Notes under the pieces: generated by a model | Told to the model about the DNA's origin: nothing | The model's database searches: none | Seen by the model: the letters and a program-made list of their open reading frames with translations, nothing else | NCBI GenBank assembly: GCA_963717945.1 | Contig: CAVQXT010000003.1 | Coordinates: 1,342,622 to 1,406,621, forward strand | DNA: 64,000 nt | Source: an uncultured Acidobacteriota bacterium | GTDB taxonomy: Bacteria > Acidobacteriota > Vicinamibacteria > Vicinamibacterales > Fen-181 | Direction of reading: 5' to 3' | Program-made: the position numbers and the translations under genes | Part shown: piece by piece, positions 18,224 through 29,624 of the stretch | Position numbering within the stretch: the first letter of the stretch is position 1 | How the letters are laid out: each line of letters starts with the position of its first letter

Positions 18224-18713
18224 ATGCCGCCTCGCCGCCGCCGGGCAGGCCGACGACCTGCCGCACCAGGTCGATCGACACGATCGCGCCCGGCTCTCGC
18301 TGCACCCGGTCGAGGAGATCGGTGTAGGCCGCCTCGGGCAGCACGACCGGCAGCAGGCCGTTCTTGAGCGCGTTCTGCCGGAAGATGTCGGCGAAAGACC
18401 CGGCGACGACGGCGCGGAACCCGAAATCGACGAGCGCCCACGGCGCGTGCTCGCGCGAGCTGCCGCAGCCGAAGTTCCACCCGGCGACTATCACTGCGGC
18501 GCCTGCGGCCTCCGGCCGGTTCAGGATGAAGTCCTGATGGAGCGACCTGTCCGGGCCCTGGCGCCAGTCGGCAAACAGATTCGCGCCGAGGCCGGAGCGC
18601 GTCGTCGTCTTGAGGAACCGCGCCGGGATGATCTGATCGGTGTCGACGTTGTCGCGGGCGAGGGCCACGGCGGGGCCCGAGAACCGCGTGACGGGTTCGC
18701 GCGCCGCGCTCAC
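18102..18713 (-). CDS. leuD: 3-isopropylmalate dehydratase small subunit
   Basis: The sequence reads [15 protein letters not shown]...[18 protein letters not shown]. The GTG start overlaps the leuC stop (GTGA) and follows AGGAGG. Confidence 0.9.
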   Translation of the reverse strand: MSAAREPVTRFSGPAVALARDNVDTDQIIPARFLKTTTRSGLGANLFADWRQGPDRSLHQDFILNRPEAAGAAVIVAGWNFGCGSSREHAPWALVDFGFRAVVAGSFADIFRQNALKNGLLPVVLPEAAYTDLLDRVQREPGAIVSIDLVRQVVGLPGGGEAAFTIDAFARECLMAGVDEIGYVLAQDEAIARYESARASSRW

Positions 18714-20107
18714 GAGAGCCTCCTCGGGTCGCTGACCACTCCGGTCACGGCGGCCGCGGCGGCCGTGGCCGGGCTCGCGAGCATCGTGCGCCCGCCCTGA
18801 CCCTGGCGCCCCTCGAAGTTCCGGTTGCTCGTCGAGACCGCGCACTGTCCCGGCTGCAGCTGGTCGCCGTTCATCGCGATGCACATCGAGCAGCCGAACT
18901 CGCGCCACTCGGCGCCGGCGGAATGGAAGATCCGATCGAGGCCCTCGGCCTCCGCCTCGCGCTTCACGACCGCGGAGCCCGGGACCACCAGCGCCCTCAC
19001 GCCCGGCGCCACCCGGCGTCCCCGGAAAATGGCAGCGGCTTCGCGCAGGTCGGACACACGCCCGTTCGTGCAGCTGCCGATGAAGACGACGTCCACCGGG
19101 TGGCCGAGCAGCGGCTTGCCCGGTTCGATCTGCATGTAGTCGAGCGCCCGGGCGAGCGCTTGCCGCCCGGCGGGAGTGCCGGCCGACGCGGGTCCCGGCA
19201 CCTCGGCGTCGATGCGGATCGCCATGCCCGGGTTGGTCCCGAAGGTGATCATCGGCGCGATGTCGCCGCATTCGATCGCCACTTCCCGATCGAATCGCGC
19301 GCCGTCTTCGGTTCTGAGCGACCTCCATTGGCGGACGGCCGCGTCCCAGTGCCGGCCGGCGGGCGCGGCCGGCCGGCCCGCCAGGTAGTCGAACGTCGTC
19401 TCGTCTGGCGCGACCAGGCCGGCCCGGGCGCCGGCCTCGATCGACATGTTGCACAGCGTCATCCGCCGCTCCATCGAGAGCGCGCGGACGGCGGCGCCGG
19501 CGTACTCGATTACGTGGCCGGTGCCCCCGCCCACGCCGATCCTGGCGATGATCTCGAGCGCCAGGTCCTTGGCCGTGACGCTGTCGGGCAGGCGACCTTC
19601 GACGGTGATGCGCAGCGTCCTGGGCCGATGCTGCAGCAGGCACTGGCTCGCGAGCACCATCTCCACCTCGCTCGTCCCGATCCCGAAAGCCAGCGCCCCG
19701 AAGGCCCCGTGCGTGGCGGTGTGACTGTCGCCGCACACAATCGTCATGCCGGGCTGCGTCAGGCCCCGCTCGGGGCCGATGACGTGGACGATCCCCTGGT
19801 CGGGTTGCCCGCGCCCTGAGCACGGGACCCCGAACTCCCGGCAGTTGGTCTCGAGCTGCTCGATCTGGCGGGCCGCGATCCGGTCGGTGATCGGCACGCT
19901 CGCCGGGGTCGTCGGCACGCTGTGATCGACGGTCGCGAAGGTGAGGTCGGGCCGGCGCACGCGGATGCCGCGGGCGCGCAGACCGTGGAACGCTTGCGGT
20001 GAGGTCACCTCGTGGACGAGGTGGAGGTCGATGTAGAGAAGCGACGGCGCGCCCGGCGCGCTCGCAACCACGTGCGCATCCCAGATCTTGTCGATGATCG
20101 TACGCAT
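18710..20107 (-). CDS. leuC: 3-isopropylmalate dehydratase large subunit
   Basis: The sequence from ATG 20107 reads [14 protein letters not shown]...[17 protein letters not shown]. Aconitase-family motifs are present (CGDSHT, GSCTNGR, MCIAMN). Confidence 0.92.
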   Translation of the reverse strand: MRTIIDKIWDAHVVASAPGAPSLLYIDLHLVHEVTSPQAFHGLRARGIRVRRPDLTFATVDHSVPTTPASVPITDRIAARQIEQLETNCREFGVPCSGRGQPDQGIVHVIGPERGLTQPGMTIVCGDSHTATHGAFGALAFGIGTSEVEMVLASQCLLQHRPRTLRITVEGRLPDSVTAKDLALEIIARIGVGGGTGHVIEYAGAAVRALSMERRMTLCNMSIEAGARAGLVAPDETTFDYLAGRPAAPAGRHWDAAVRQWRSLRTEDGARFDREVAIECGDIAPMITFGTNPGMAIRIDAEVPGPASAGTPAGRQALARALDYMQIEPGKPLLGHPVDVVFIGSCTNGRVSDLREAAAIFRGRRVAPGVRALVVPGSAVVKREAEAEGLDRIFHSAGAEWREFGCSMCIAMNGDQLQPGQCAVSTSNRNFEGRQGQGGRTMLASPATAAAAAVTGVVSDPRRLS

Positions 20108-20114
20108 GTGAACC

Positions 20115-21212
20115 TCACCCCTCGGCGATCGCGTCTCGCACCGCGCGGCCGACCTCGGCCGTGGACGCCGGGCCGCCGACCGGCCTGAGATCGGCGGTTC
20201 GCGGACCCAGGGCCACGGCCCGGTCAATTGCCGCCTCGACGATCCGCGCCTCCTTGTGCAGCCCGAAGGTGTACGCGAGCATCGCCGCGACCGATCCGAT
20301 GGCGCCGAGCGGATTGGCCACGCCGCGCCCCGCGATATCGGGGGCCGACCCGTGGACCGGCTCGTACAACCCCGGCCGGACGCCGCTCGGTCTGCGCTCG
20401 CCGATGGACGCCGACGCCAGCATGCCGATCGACCCGCTCAGCACGGCCGCCTCGTCGCTCAGGATGTCGCCGAACAGGTTCTCGGTCAGGACGACGTCGA
20501 ACCGCCGCGGGTCGAGCACGAGCTGCATGGCACAGTTGTCGACATACAGGTGATCGAGCGTGACGTCGGGGTACCCGGCCGCAACCTCGACCACGACGCG
20601 GCGCCACAGCTGCGAGTTCTCGAGCACGTTCGCCTTGTCGACGCTCGTGACGCGGGCGCGTCGCGTCCTGGCCAGGTCGAACGCCACTCGGGCGACGCGC
20701 TCGATCTCCGGCCGCGTGTAGGTCAGCGTGTTGACCGCGCGCTCGTCGGCGCCGCTGCCCGCGACGCCGCGCGGCTCGCCGTAGTACAGCCCGGACGTGA
20801 GTTCGCGGACGATCACCAGGTCCGTCCCCTCGACGATGGCGTTCTTGAGCGGAGAGGCGTCGAGCAAGGCCGGCCAGGCGCGCGAGGGGCGGAGGTTGGC
20901 GAACGTGCCGAGCGCCTGGCGAAGCGCCAGCAGTCCACGCTCGGGCCGTCGCCCGGGCGGCAGGTGGTCGAATCCGGGCGCCCCGACCGCGCCCAGCAGC
21001 ACGGCGTCGGCCTCGAGCGCGCGGCGCAGCGTGTCGTCGGGCAGCGGCGACCCGGTCGCCTCGATGGCGGCGCCGCCGATGAGCCCGTGGACCTCGCGCA
21101 CCGAGTGGCCGAACGCGTCCGCCACACGCCGGAGCACCGCGACGGCCTCGGCCGTCACTTCCGGCCCGATGCCGTCGCCGGGGAGGATCAGAATGTTCAG
21201 ATCCATAGACAC
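20115..21212 (-). CDS. leuB: 3-isopropylmalate dehydrogenase
   Basis: The sequences [25 protein letters not shown] and GSAPDIAG are present. Confidence 0.92.
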   Translation of the reverse strand: MSMDLNILILPGDGIGPEVTAEAVAVLRRVADAFGHSVREVHGLIGGAAIEATGSPLPDDTLRRALEADAVLLGAVGAPGFDHLPPGRRPERGLLALRQALGTFANLRPSRAWPALLDASPLKNAIVEGTDLVIVRELTSGLYYGEPRGVAGSGADERAVNTLTYTRPEIERVARVAFDLARTRRARVTSVDKANVLENSQLWRRVVVEVAAGYPDVTLDHLYVDNCAMQLVLDPRRFDVVLTENLFGDILSDEAAVLSGSIGMLASASIGERRPSGVRPGLYEPVHGSAPDIAGRGVANPLGAIGSVAAMLAYTFGLHKEARIVEAAIDRAVALGPRTADLRPVGGPASTAEVGRAVRDAIAEG

Positions 21213-21273
21213 ACAGACACCTTGCGATCTGGCGATCTTGCGATCGAGCGACCTGATGGCAGGCTGCCGGCTG

Positions 21274-21374
21274 CAGGCGTCGGGCTTCGGGCCTTATCAC
21301 GGGCGTCCCGGCAAGACAGACGCGCGTGACGCGGCCTGAAGTCCGAAGCCCGTAGCCCGAAGCCGAAGTCCGGC
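21274..21374. repeat. Intergenic repeat family D (inverted GGGCTTCGGGCC / GGCCTGAAG arms with heptamer-like extension) between leuA and leuB
   Basis: gcaggcgtcgggcttcgggcc ... gcgtgacgcggcctgaagtccgaagcccgtagcccgaagccgaagtccgg shares caggcgtcgggcttcgggcc and cgcgtgac..ggcctgaag with 27723-27789. Confidence 0.7.
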
Positions 21375-21382
21375 GGCGGAGA

Positions 21383-22543
<1,161 letters not shown>

Positions 22544-22573
22544 CGGATCGCCTCCTGGAGTGTGGGGGCGACT

Positions 22574-22592
22574 ATGCCTTGCGCTTAGGCAT
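22574..22592. promoter_or_regulatory. Candidate LysR operator: inverted repeat ATGCCT-N7-AGGCAT in the leuA/LysR divergent region
   Basis: It has perfect 6-bp arms and sits in a low-GC patch between the divergent leuA and LysR starts. Confidence 0.4.
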
Positions 22593-22608
22593 TTCGCAAA
22601 TTTATAAT
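22579..22608 (+). promoter_or_regulatory. Candidate sigma70-type promoter for the LysR gene (TTGCGC-N18-TATAAT)
   Basis: A perfect TATAAT lies at 22603-22608 with a TTG-containing hexamer 18 nt upstream, about 90 nt before ATG 22699. Confidence 0.3.
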
Positions 22609-22698
22609 GCATGGCACGACGATTAGTATGAGTAATGTCATAAGCGGCGCTGATGCCCGCCGCGGACGGCCGCGCGGACGCATCGACGGGGGTGGCGC

Positions 22699-23574
22699 AT
22701 GGAGTGGTACCTGCTGCAGGTGTTTCGGGCCGTCGCGACCGAGCGGAGCTTCTCGCGGGCGGCGGAGAAGCTCTTCCGCACGCAGCCGGCCGTGTCGCTG
22801 TCGGTGCAGCGGCTCGAGGCGGAGGTCGGCGAGCGGCTGATCGACCGCGCCGGCAAGGAGCTGCTGCTCACCGACGCCGGGCGCCTCGTCGTCGACTACG
22901 CCCGCCGGTTCGAGAACCTGAAGGGGGAGATGGACAACGCCCTGGCGGAGCTGCGCGACAACTCGGCCGGCCGGCTGGCGGTGGGCGCCAACGAGTCGAC
23001 CTCGCTCTACCTCCTGCCGCACATCGCGGCGTACCGGCGGCTCTACCCGCGGGTGGGTGTGCAGGTCCGGCGATGCCTGTCGAGCAGGATCCCGTCGCAG
23101 CTCGTGGAGGGCGACCTCGAGCTGGGCGTCATCTCCTACGACCCCCAGGACCCCCGTGTGGCCTCGACGGTGATCTACACCGATCACCTGGCGTTCGTCG
23201 TCTCGCCGCGCCACCGCTTCGCGTCGCGCAAGACGGTGTCGATCCGCGACCTGGGGCTGGAGACCTTCATCGCCCACAACGTCGTGTCGCCGTACCGGAA
23301 CCTCGTGCTGCGCGCCTTCGAGAAATACCGCGTGCCGCTCCACATGGACGTGGAGATGCCGACGGTCGAGACGATCCGCGCGATGGTGCAGGCCAACGAG
23401 GGGGTGGCCTTCCTGCCGCGCATGTGCGTCGAGCAGGACATCGCGCGGCGGACGCTCAGGGAAGTCACCGTGAAGGAACTGAAGCTGGCGCGGCAGATCC
23501 GGCTGGTCTACCCGGCGCGGCGCGGGCTGAGCCACGCCGCGCGGGCCTTCCTCGATCTCGTCAGGCGCGCGTGA
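22699..23574 (+). CDS. LysR-family transcriptional regulator
   Basis: The N-terminal wHTH reads [46 protein letters not shown], followed by a C-terminal substrate-binding fold. The gene is divergent from leuA. Confidence 0.9.
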   Translation: MEWYLLQVFRAVATERSFSRAAEKLFRTQPAVSLSVQRLEAEVGERLIDRAGKELLLTDAGRLVVDYARRFENLKGEMDNALAELRDNSAGRLAVGANESTSLYLLPHIAAYRRLYPRVGVQVRRCLSSRIPSQLVEGDLELGVISYDPQDPRVASTVIYTDHLAFVVSPRHRFASRKTVSIRDLGLETFIAHNVVSPYRNLVLRAFEKYRVPLHMDVEMPTVETIRAMVQANEGVAFLPRMCVEQDIARRTLREVTVKELKLARQIRLVYPARRGLSHAARAFLDLVRRA

Positions 23575-25027
23575 CGCCCTTCCGGCCGAGCGCCTCCCAG
23601 GCTGCTTCGCGCATCCCCTCCAGGTCGGCGCGGTCGCTGTCGCCCGGCACCTGCCCGGGCTCCAGGCGCATGACGTCGGGCGCCGTCGCGATCCGTCGCA
23701 GCGCATCGACGGGGAGCTTCGCTGCGGCGTGCCGGAGCAGCGCGTCGAGGCCGTCGGCGGCCTGGCGCGCCTGGTCGAGGTCCTCGCGCGTGGAGACGAT
23801 GCGGAGGTCGAGGCCGCCGTGGCGGGTCGGCTCGCCGACGGTCAGGCGGGCGAGGATCGCCGCGGCCACCTGCCCCGGGCCGATGACGGACAGCGCCTGT
23901 TCGGCGCAGCCGCGCACGGTGGTCGCGCGATCGCCGAGCGCCTCCACGACCGTGTCGGCGGCGGCCGGGCCGATGGCGGCGAGGGCCTCGGCGGCAGCCT
24001 GGCGGACCGCCGCGTCGCGATCCTTGAACGCGGCCCCGATGGCCGGGGCCGTCCGGGCTTCGCCCAGCCGCCCGAGCGCCTCGAGCGCGCCCCGCCGCAT
24101 CGACGGGTCCAGGTCGGCCAGCATGGCGACGAGCGGCTCCACCGCGGCGGCGCCGTGAGCGGTCGCCTCGTCGAACCGGCCGTGCAGCACGGCGTGGACG
24201 ACGTGGTCGGAGGCCTGGACCGGGGTCCAGTCGAACGACCTCAACGCCGCCCCGATGGCCGCCTGCAGGTCGCGGTCTCCCCGTCCAAGACCCGCGACCA
24301 GCGCCGACGCCGCCTCCGGCGTGCCGATGCTCGCGAGCGCCCGGACGCCGGCCTCTCGGACGGTCTTGTCCGAATCGGCCAGGGCCGCCGTCACCGCGTC
24401 CGCCGCCGCCGGTTCGCGCAGCGTGCCCAGCGCGTCGGCGGCGCACCTGCGGGTCGTCGGATCCCTGTGCGCGAGCGCCCGGGACAGCGCCGGGACCGCC
24501 TCCCGGCCGGCCGCCCGCACCAGGGCCGTTACGGCTGCCTGTCTCACGCTCGAGCGATCGTCGGCGACCATCCCACCGAGCGCCTCGACCGCGGCCGGGC
24601 CGCCGACGGCGCCGAGCGCGGCAATGGCCGTCTCCCGCAGCTTCACGTGCCGCCCGTGCAGGGCCTCGAGGAGGACCGGCACGGCGGCCGTGCCGATCCG
24701 GCCGAGCGCCTCCCCGGCCGCCGCCCGCACGGCCGATGCGCCGTCGGAGCCAGGCAGGCGGTCGGCGCCGGTGATGGCGGCGACGAGCACGGGCGCCGCC
24801 GAGGCATCCTCGATTCGGCCGAGCGCCTCGACCGCCGCCTGCCGCACGCTCCAATCCGGGTCGTCGATGAGCGGTGTGAGCTGCGGAATCGCGGAGACCT
24901 TGCCGCGCGAGCCCAGCGACGCGGCCGCGCGTGCTCTCGTGCCGGCGTCGCGCGACTTGATTTGAAACGACGTAAAGAGGCCCACCAGCGTCCTTTCGAT
25001 GCCGAGAGCCGGATCATACCTCGGCAC
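23561..25027 (-). CDS. HEAT-repeat (PBS-lyase-like) protein
   Basis: The 488-aa ORF is built of repeated D..VR.AA..ALG...... units (for example DPDWSVRQAAVEALGRI, DRSSVRQAAVTAL, DAAVRQAAAEALA). Confidence 0.75.
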   Translation of the reverse strand: MPRYDPALGIERTLVGLFTSFQIKSRDAGTRARAAASLGSRGKVSAIPQLTPLIDDPDWSVRQAAVEALGRIEDASAAPVLVAAITGADRLPGSDGASAVRAAAGEALGRIGTAAVPVLLEALHGRHVKLRETAIAALGAVGGPAAVEALGGMVADDRSSVRQAAVTALVRAAGREAVPALSRALAHRDPTTRRCAADALGTLREPAAADAVTAALADSDKTVREAGVRALASIGTPEAASALVAGLGRGDRDLQAAIGAALRSFDWTPVQASDHVVHAVLHGRFDEATAHGAAAVEPLVAMLADLDPSMRRGALEALGRLGEARTAPAIGAAFKDRDAAVRQAAAEALAAIGPAAADTVVEALGDRATTVRGCAEQALSVIGPGQVAAAILARLTVGEPTRHGGLDLRIVSTREDLDQARQAADGLDALLRHAAAKLPVDALRRIATAPDVMRLEPGQVPGDSDRADLEGMREAAWEALGRKGVTRA

Positions 25028-25032
25028 ACGGT

Positions 25033-25125
25033 GGCTCTGGGCTCTCGGCTCTTGGCCGCGTCCGGCTCATGGCCCGGGCCCAGGGCCCGACAGAGCCGAG
25101 AGCCGAGAGCCGAGGGCCCAGGGCC
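25033..25125. repeat. Inverted pair of heptamer arrays (GGCTCTN left arm, GAGCCGA right arm) in a divergent promoter region
   Basis: ggctctgggctctcggctcttggcc (25033-57) opposes agagccgagagccgagagccgagggcccagggcc (25092-125). Confidence 0.85.
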
Positions 25126-25185
25126 GTTTCCTGATCTACAATCCTCCGTCACCGGTGCCGTTTGGCGCCGGACAAGGAGCAGCTC

Positions 25186-26910
25186 ATGCGTTCCACGTTT
25201 GGCCGTCCATCGGCCCTCGTCCTGATGACGGCGCTCGGCCTGTTCGGTGCGGCAGGCTGCGGACCTCACATCGAGCCGGCCGACCTGGTCCTGACCAACG
25301 GCCACGTGGCCACCGTCGACGCGGCCAGGCCGACCGCCGAGGGCATCGCCGTGCGCGGCGGCCGGGTCGTCGCCGTCGGCTCGGTGGACGACATCAAGGC
25401 GTACATCGGCCACAAGACCGAGGTGATCGACCTCAACGGCCGGTTCGCGATGCCGGCGTTCGACGACGCCCACGCGCACTTCCAGGGGGTGGGCGAGTCG
25501 AAGCTGGAGCTCCCGCTCGCCAGGGCGCGGAACTGGGAGGCGATCGTCGCCATGGTGGCCGACGCGGCGAAGCGCGCGAAGCCGGGCGAGTGGATCCTCG
25601 GCCACGGCTGGCACCAGGAGAAGTGGGACCACCGGCCCGCCGACGCGGTCGAGGGGTTCCCGACCCAGCGCGACCTCACTCGCGTGGCGCCGGACAACCC
25701 CGTGCTGCTCACCCACGCCAGCGGCCACGCCATTGTCGTCAACGCGAAGGCGATGGAGCTTGCCGGCGTCACCCGCCGGACGCCCACCCCGCCCGGCGGC
25801 GAAATCATGAAGGACAAGGCCGGGAACCCGATCGGCGTATTCGCGGAGCGAGCCTCGGGACTGATCGGGAAGGCACTCGAGGAGTCGCTTGCGCGGCGCA
25901 CGCCCGAGCAGGCCGAGGCCGACGCGACGCGCGTCGTCGAGACCGCCGACCGGGAGTTCATCACCAAGGGCATCGTCTCGGTGACCGACGCCGGCGTGGG
26001 GTTCGACACCGTGGAGCTCTACAAGAAGCTCGCGAGCCAGGGCAGGCTGAACGTTCGGCTTTACGTGATGCTGAACGAGCCGAGCGCCCGGCTGACCGGC
26101 AACCTCGCCAAATACCGGATGGTGGACGCCTTCGACAGCCACCTCACTGTCCGCTCGATCAAGCGGCTGATGGACGGCGCGCTCGGATCGCGCACCGCGT
26201 GGATGCTCGAGCCGTACGCCGACGAGCCGAAGGTGACCGGCATCAACACGGTCACGCCCGAGGAAATGAAGGCCACGGCGGAGCTGGCGATCGAGAACGA
26301 CTTCCAGTTCAACACGCACGCGATCGGCGACCGCGCCAACCGCGAAGTCCTCAATCTGTACGAAGAGACGTTCAAGGCCCACCCGGACAAGAAGGATCTG
26401 CGGTGGCGCATCGAGCACGCGCAGCACATCAACGCCGCCGACATCCCGCGCTTCGGCGCCCTCGGCGTGATCCCCTCGATGCAGGGCATCCACTGCACGT
26501 CCGACGCGCCGTACGTGCTCGCCCGGCTCGGTGCCGCGCGCGCCGAGGAAGGGGCCTACGTCTGGCAGAAGCTGATGAAGACTGGCGCCATCATCCCGAA
26601 CGGCACCGACGCCCCGGTCGAGGAGGTCGACCCGCTGCCCGGCTACTACGCGCTGGTGACGCGGAAGCAGAAGAACGGCGAGGTGTTCTTCGGCGACCAG
26701 CGGATGACGCGGGACGAGGCGCTGCGAGCCTACACGCTCAACGGCGCGTACGCGGCCTTCCAGGAGCAGACCAGGGGCTCGCTCGCCCCCGGCAAGCTCG
26801 CCGACATCGTCGTGCTGTCGGCCGACATCACGAAGGTGCCCGAGGATCAGATCCAGAAGGCCGAGGTGCTCTACACGATCGTCGGCGGGAAGATCGCCTA
26901 CAAGAAATAG
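25186..26910 (+). CDS. Amidohydrolase-3 family metal-dependent hydrolase (YtcJ-like), lipoprotein
   Basis: The lipobox is LFGAAGC. The sequences GRFAMPAFDDAHAHF and HAIGDRAN are present and there is a C-terminal Asp motif. An AAGGAG SD precedes ATG 25186. Confidence 0.8.
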   Translation: MRSTFGRPSALVLMTALGLFGAAGCGPHIEPADLVLTNGHVATVDAARPTAEGIAVRGGRVVAVGSVDDIKAYIGHKTEVIDLNGRFAMPAFDDAHAHFQGVGESKLELPLARARNWEAIVAMVADAAKRAKPGEWILGHGWHQEKWDHRPADAVEGFPTQRDLTRVAPDNPVLLTHASGHAIVVNAKAMELAGVTRRTPTPPGGEIMKDKAGNPIGVFAERASGLIGKALEESLARRTPEQAEADATRVVETADREFITKGIVSVTDAGVGFDTVELYKKLASQGRLNVRLYVMLNEPSARLTGNLAKYRMVDAFDSHLTVRSIKRLMDGALGSRTAWMLEPYADEPKVTGINTVTPEEMKATAELAIENDFQFNTHAIGDRANREVLNLYEETFKAHPDKKDLRWRIEHAQHINAADIPRFGALGVIPSMQGIHCTSDAPYVLARLGAARAEEGAYVWQKLMKTGAIIPNGTDAPVEEVDPLPGYYALVTRKQKNGEVFFGDQRMTRDEALRAYTLNGAYAAFQEQTRGSLAPGKLADIVVLSADITKVPEDQIQKAEVLYTIVGGKIAYKK

Positions 26911-26916
26911 GCGGCG

Positions 26917-27717
26917 TCAGAGGGGGGTGAGGGCCCTGAGCGGGCCGACCCCCGGCTCGCCCGCGTAGACCACGCGCTCGAGGAACAGGCCGGAGGCCGG
27001 CGCGGTAACACGCGCCGGCACCGGCGACGGCTCCAGCAGGAATCCCTCGGCGGCTTCGACGCCGAGATGTCCCCGCCCGACTTCGACCAGCACGCCCACC
27101 ACGCGGCGGACCATCTTCCAGACGAAGTGCGACCCGGCGACCCGGATCAGGATCAGGGCGCCGTCTTCCTTCACCTCGACGAGATCGACCTGGACGTGCG
27201 TGGAGACTTCGTCCGGGTCGCTGTCGGTGAAGGACCGGAAGTCGTGCATGCCGACAAACGCGCCGGCCGCCTCCCGCATCGCGCGCACGTCGAGGGCGTC
27301 CTTCACCCACCAGACAAACGGCTTGGCGAACGCGGTCCGGCGGCGCGAGACCTGGTAGAGGTAGCTGCGCGAGACGGGGTCGCGCCGCGCGTGGAACCGG
27401 TGGGGCACCGGCTCGATCCCGAGAACGTTGATGTCGGCGGGCAGGAGGTCGTTGATCTGCCGCCGCAGCATTTCTGGGGGAACGGCCTTGGGGAGATCGA
27501 GATGCGCCACCTGCCCGACGGCGTGCACCCCGGCATCGGTGCGCCCGGACCCCTGGATTTCGGGCGCGGCCACGCCGGTCGCCTCGCGCACCGCCCGGAG
27601 CAGCTCGCCCTGGACCGTTCGCGCGTTCTTCTGCACCTGCCAGCCGCTGTAGCGCGTCCCCGCGTACTCGATCGCCAGGCGGTACCTTGGCACGTCGGTC
27701 ACTCCTGAAAACGCCAT
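26917..27717 (-). CDS. truA: tRNA pseudouridine(38-40) synthase
   Basis: The sequence reads YRLAIEYAGTRYSGWQVQ...GSGRTDAGVHAVGQVAHLD. Confidence 0.9.
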   Translation of the reverse strand: MAFSGVTDVPRYRLAIEYAGTRYSGWQVQKNARTVQGELLRAVREATGVAAPEIQGSGRTDAGVHAVGQVAHLDLPKAVPPEMLRRQINDLLPADINVLGIEPVPHRFHARRDPVSRSYLYQVSRRRTAFAKPFVWWVKDALDVRAMREAAGAFVGMHDFRSFTDSDPDEVSTHVQVDLVEVKEDGALILIRVAGSHFVWKMVRRVVGVLVEVGRGHLGVEAAEGFLLEPSPVPARVTAPASGLFLERVVYAGEPGVGPLRALTPL

Positions 27718-27722
27718 CGGGC

Positions 27723-27789
27723 TACAGGCGTCGGGCTTCGGGCCATGTCGCACGTGTCACGCGTGACATGGCCTGAAGCCTGTGGCCCG
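27723..27789. repeat. Intergenic repeat family D, second copy (palindromic)
   Basis: The sequence reads tacaggcgtcgggcttcgggccatgtcgcacgtgtcacgcgtgacatggcctgaagcctgtggccc. Confidence 0.7.
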
Positions 27790-27848
27790 TCGCCTCACGC
27801 CCACGGTCCCCTACCGGGACCGCTTGCAGGAGAGTACCATAACCGCGC

Positions 27849-28637
27849 ATGACCCGACCTGCCCGCCGCCGGCCCGGAGAGGTCGCTCTCGACCGTGCCC
27901 TGTCGAAGCTGGCCATCGCCTCGCGCGCCGAGGCGACGCGCCTCATCGCGGCCGGCCGCGTCCGGGTGGACGGGCGGATCGCGACCGATCCGACCATGCC
28001 GGTCGTGCCCGAGCGCGTGGCGATCGTGGTTGACGGTCGCGAAGCGCCCCGGGCCGCGTGGCGCCTGATCCTGCTCAACAAGCCGCGCGGCGTCGTGACG
28101 ACGCGGCACGACCCGCAGGGACGGCCGACCGTGTTCGATCTCGTGCCGGTTCCCGAGGGCCATCTCATCGCCGTGGGCCGGCTCGACCTGGCGACCTCCG
28201 GGCTGGTTCTGCTGACCACCGACACCCGATTGGCCGACTGGCTCACCGACCCCGCCAACCGCGTGCCGCGCACCTACACCATCACCGCGCGCGGCGAAGT
28301 CGGCGACGACGAGATGCAGCGGTTGATGACCGGTGTGGAATCGGAAGGGGAGCGCCTGGCCGCCCACGAGGTCTCCGTGCGGAAGCGCTCGCGCCGCGAG
28401 ACCCACCTCGTCGTCCGGTTGCACGAGGGCCGCAACCGCGAACTCCGCAGGCTGTTCGACGCGATTGGCCACGAGGTGACGCGGCTCAGGCGCGTGGCGT
28501 TCGGCGGCCTCGACATCGGGACGCTCCCGCCCGGCCGCTGGCGCGAGGTGAGCGAAGACGAGGCGGTGGCGGCATTCCCGTCGTGCCCGCGGATCGGTCC
28601 GGCCCCTCGTCCCCCGTCCCCCGTCCCTCGTCCCTGA
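27849..28637 (+). CDS. Pseudouridine synthase, RsuA/RluB family, with an S4 domain
   Basis: An S4 domain (LDRALSKLAIASRAEATRLIAAGRVRVDG) and the catalytic motif GRLDLATSGLVLLTTD are present. The C-terminal PRPPSPVPRP tail is encoded by the heptamer array. Confidence 0.85.
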   Translation: MTRPARRRPGEVALDRALSKLAIASRAEATRLIAAGRVRVDGRIATDPTMPVVPERVAIVVDGREAPRAAWRLILLNKPRGVVTTRHDPQGRPTVFDLVPVPEGHLIAVGRLDLATSGLVLLTTDTRLADWLTDPANRVPRTYTITARGEVGDDEMQRLMTGVESEGERLAAHEVSVRKRSRRETHLVVRLHEGRNRELRRLFDAIGHEVTRLRRVAFGGLDIGTLPPGRWREVSEDEAVAAFPSCPRIGPAPRPPSPVPRP

Positions 28638-28680
28638 TCCCTGATCCCCGATCCCCGATCCCTAAATCCCCTCTCCCCCG
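28604..28680. repeat. Heptamer tandem array (CCCYCGT/CCCYGAT, about 11 units) spanning two convergent gene ends
   Basis: The sequence reads cctcgtc ccccgtc ccccgtc cctcgtc cctgatc cctgatc cccgatc cccgatc cctaaat cccctct. It contains the TGA of the rluB-like gene (28635-37) and the TAG of cysE (28662-64). Confidence 0.85.
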
Positions 28681-29624
28681 GAATAATGGGTCTGCCTGGC
28701 TCCCGTCTGGCTCACGTGGCTGCCCGCCGGCACGCTGTGCGTCAGCCAGACGTTTCCGCCGATGACCGACCCCGCCCCGATCCTGATTCGCCCGAGCACG
28801 GTCGCCCCGCTGTAGATGATCACCTCGTCCTCGACGATCGGGTGGCGCGGGACTCCCTTGACGGGGTGGCCGTTCTCGTCGAGCGGGAAGCTGCGGGCGC
28901 CGAGCGTGACGCCCTGGTAGAGGCGGACCCGGCGGCCGATCTCGGACGTCTCGCCGATCACCACGCCCGTGCCGTGGTCGATGAAGAAGCTCTCGCCGAT
29001 GCGCGCGCCCGGGTGGATGTCGATGCCGGTCAGGCTGTGGGCGTGCTCGGTGATGATCCGCGGGAGCAGCGGCACCTCGAGCACGTAGAGTTCGTGCGCC
29101 AGGCGCTGGCACGTCAGCGCGAGGATCCCGGGGTAGCAGAGGATGGTCTCCGCCGGGCTCGTCGCAGCCGGGTCGCCCTCGTAGGCCGCGCGCACGTCGG
29201 TGGCCAGCAGGCGCTTGACCTCGGGCAGCCTCGACAGGAACTGCGCGCTGGCGGTGCGCGCCTTCTCCTCGCAGGCCGTGCAGCGCGTCGGGTCGCGCTC
29301 CTCGCAGGCGAAGCACTGCGCCCGCCGCACCTGGTCCTCGAGCGTCGCCATGGCGCGGTCGAGCGTCGCCCCGGCGTGAAACGCCATCGTCTCGGCGTTG
29401 ACGATCGCGCGGCCGCCGAAGTAGCCCGGGAACAGGACCGATCGCAGCTCGTCGACGGCCCAGGCGAGCGCGTCGCGCGAGGGCAGGGCCGAGTAGGCGA
29501 CGTTCCGCTCCTGCCGCGTCAGTCCCTCGTCGTGCTCGCACAACTGGCGGACGACCGACGACAGCGAGGCGGCCGAGGCCTTGTCGGCCCTCACGGGAGC
29601 CTGGTGGGCGGTGCGCGGGCTCAT
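28662..29624 (-). CDS. cysE: Serine O-acetyltransferase (long form)
   Basis: The hexapeptide-repeat core reads [40 protein letters not shown]. The ATG overlaps the cysK stop (ATGA). Confidence 0.88.
   Translation of the reverse strand: MSPRTAHQAPVRADKASAASLSSVVRQLCEHDEGLTRQERNVAYSALPSRDALAWAVDELRSVLFPGYFGGRAIVNAETMAFHAGATLDRAMATLEDQVRRAQCFACEERDPTRCTACEEKARTASAQFLSRLPEVKRLLATDVRAAYEGDPAATSPAETILCYPGILALTCQRLAHELYVLEVPLLPRIITEHAHSLTGIDIHPGARIGESFFIDHGTGVVIGETSEIGRRVRLYQGVTLGARSFPLDENGHPVKGVPRHPIVEDEVIIYSGATVLGRIRIGAGSVIGGNVWLTHSVPAGSHVSQTGARQTHYSGGEGI

Noticed and set aside
22544-22698. I looked for a leucine leader-peptide attenuator or T-box upstream of leuA.
   Set aside because: I found no short ORF with consecutive Leu codons and no terminator/antiterminator pair. 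The region looks instead like a LysR-type divergent promoter.
23508-25225. I considered the ORFs 23508-24854(-), 23729-25225(+) and 24255-24965(+).
   Set aside because: They are shadows of the HEAT-repeat gene (23561-25027), whose repeat periodicity is visible only in that frame.
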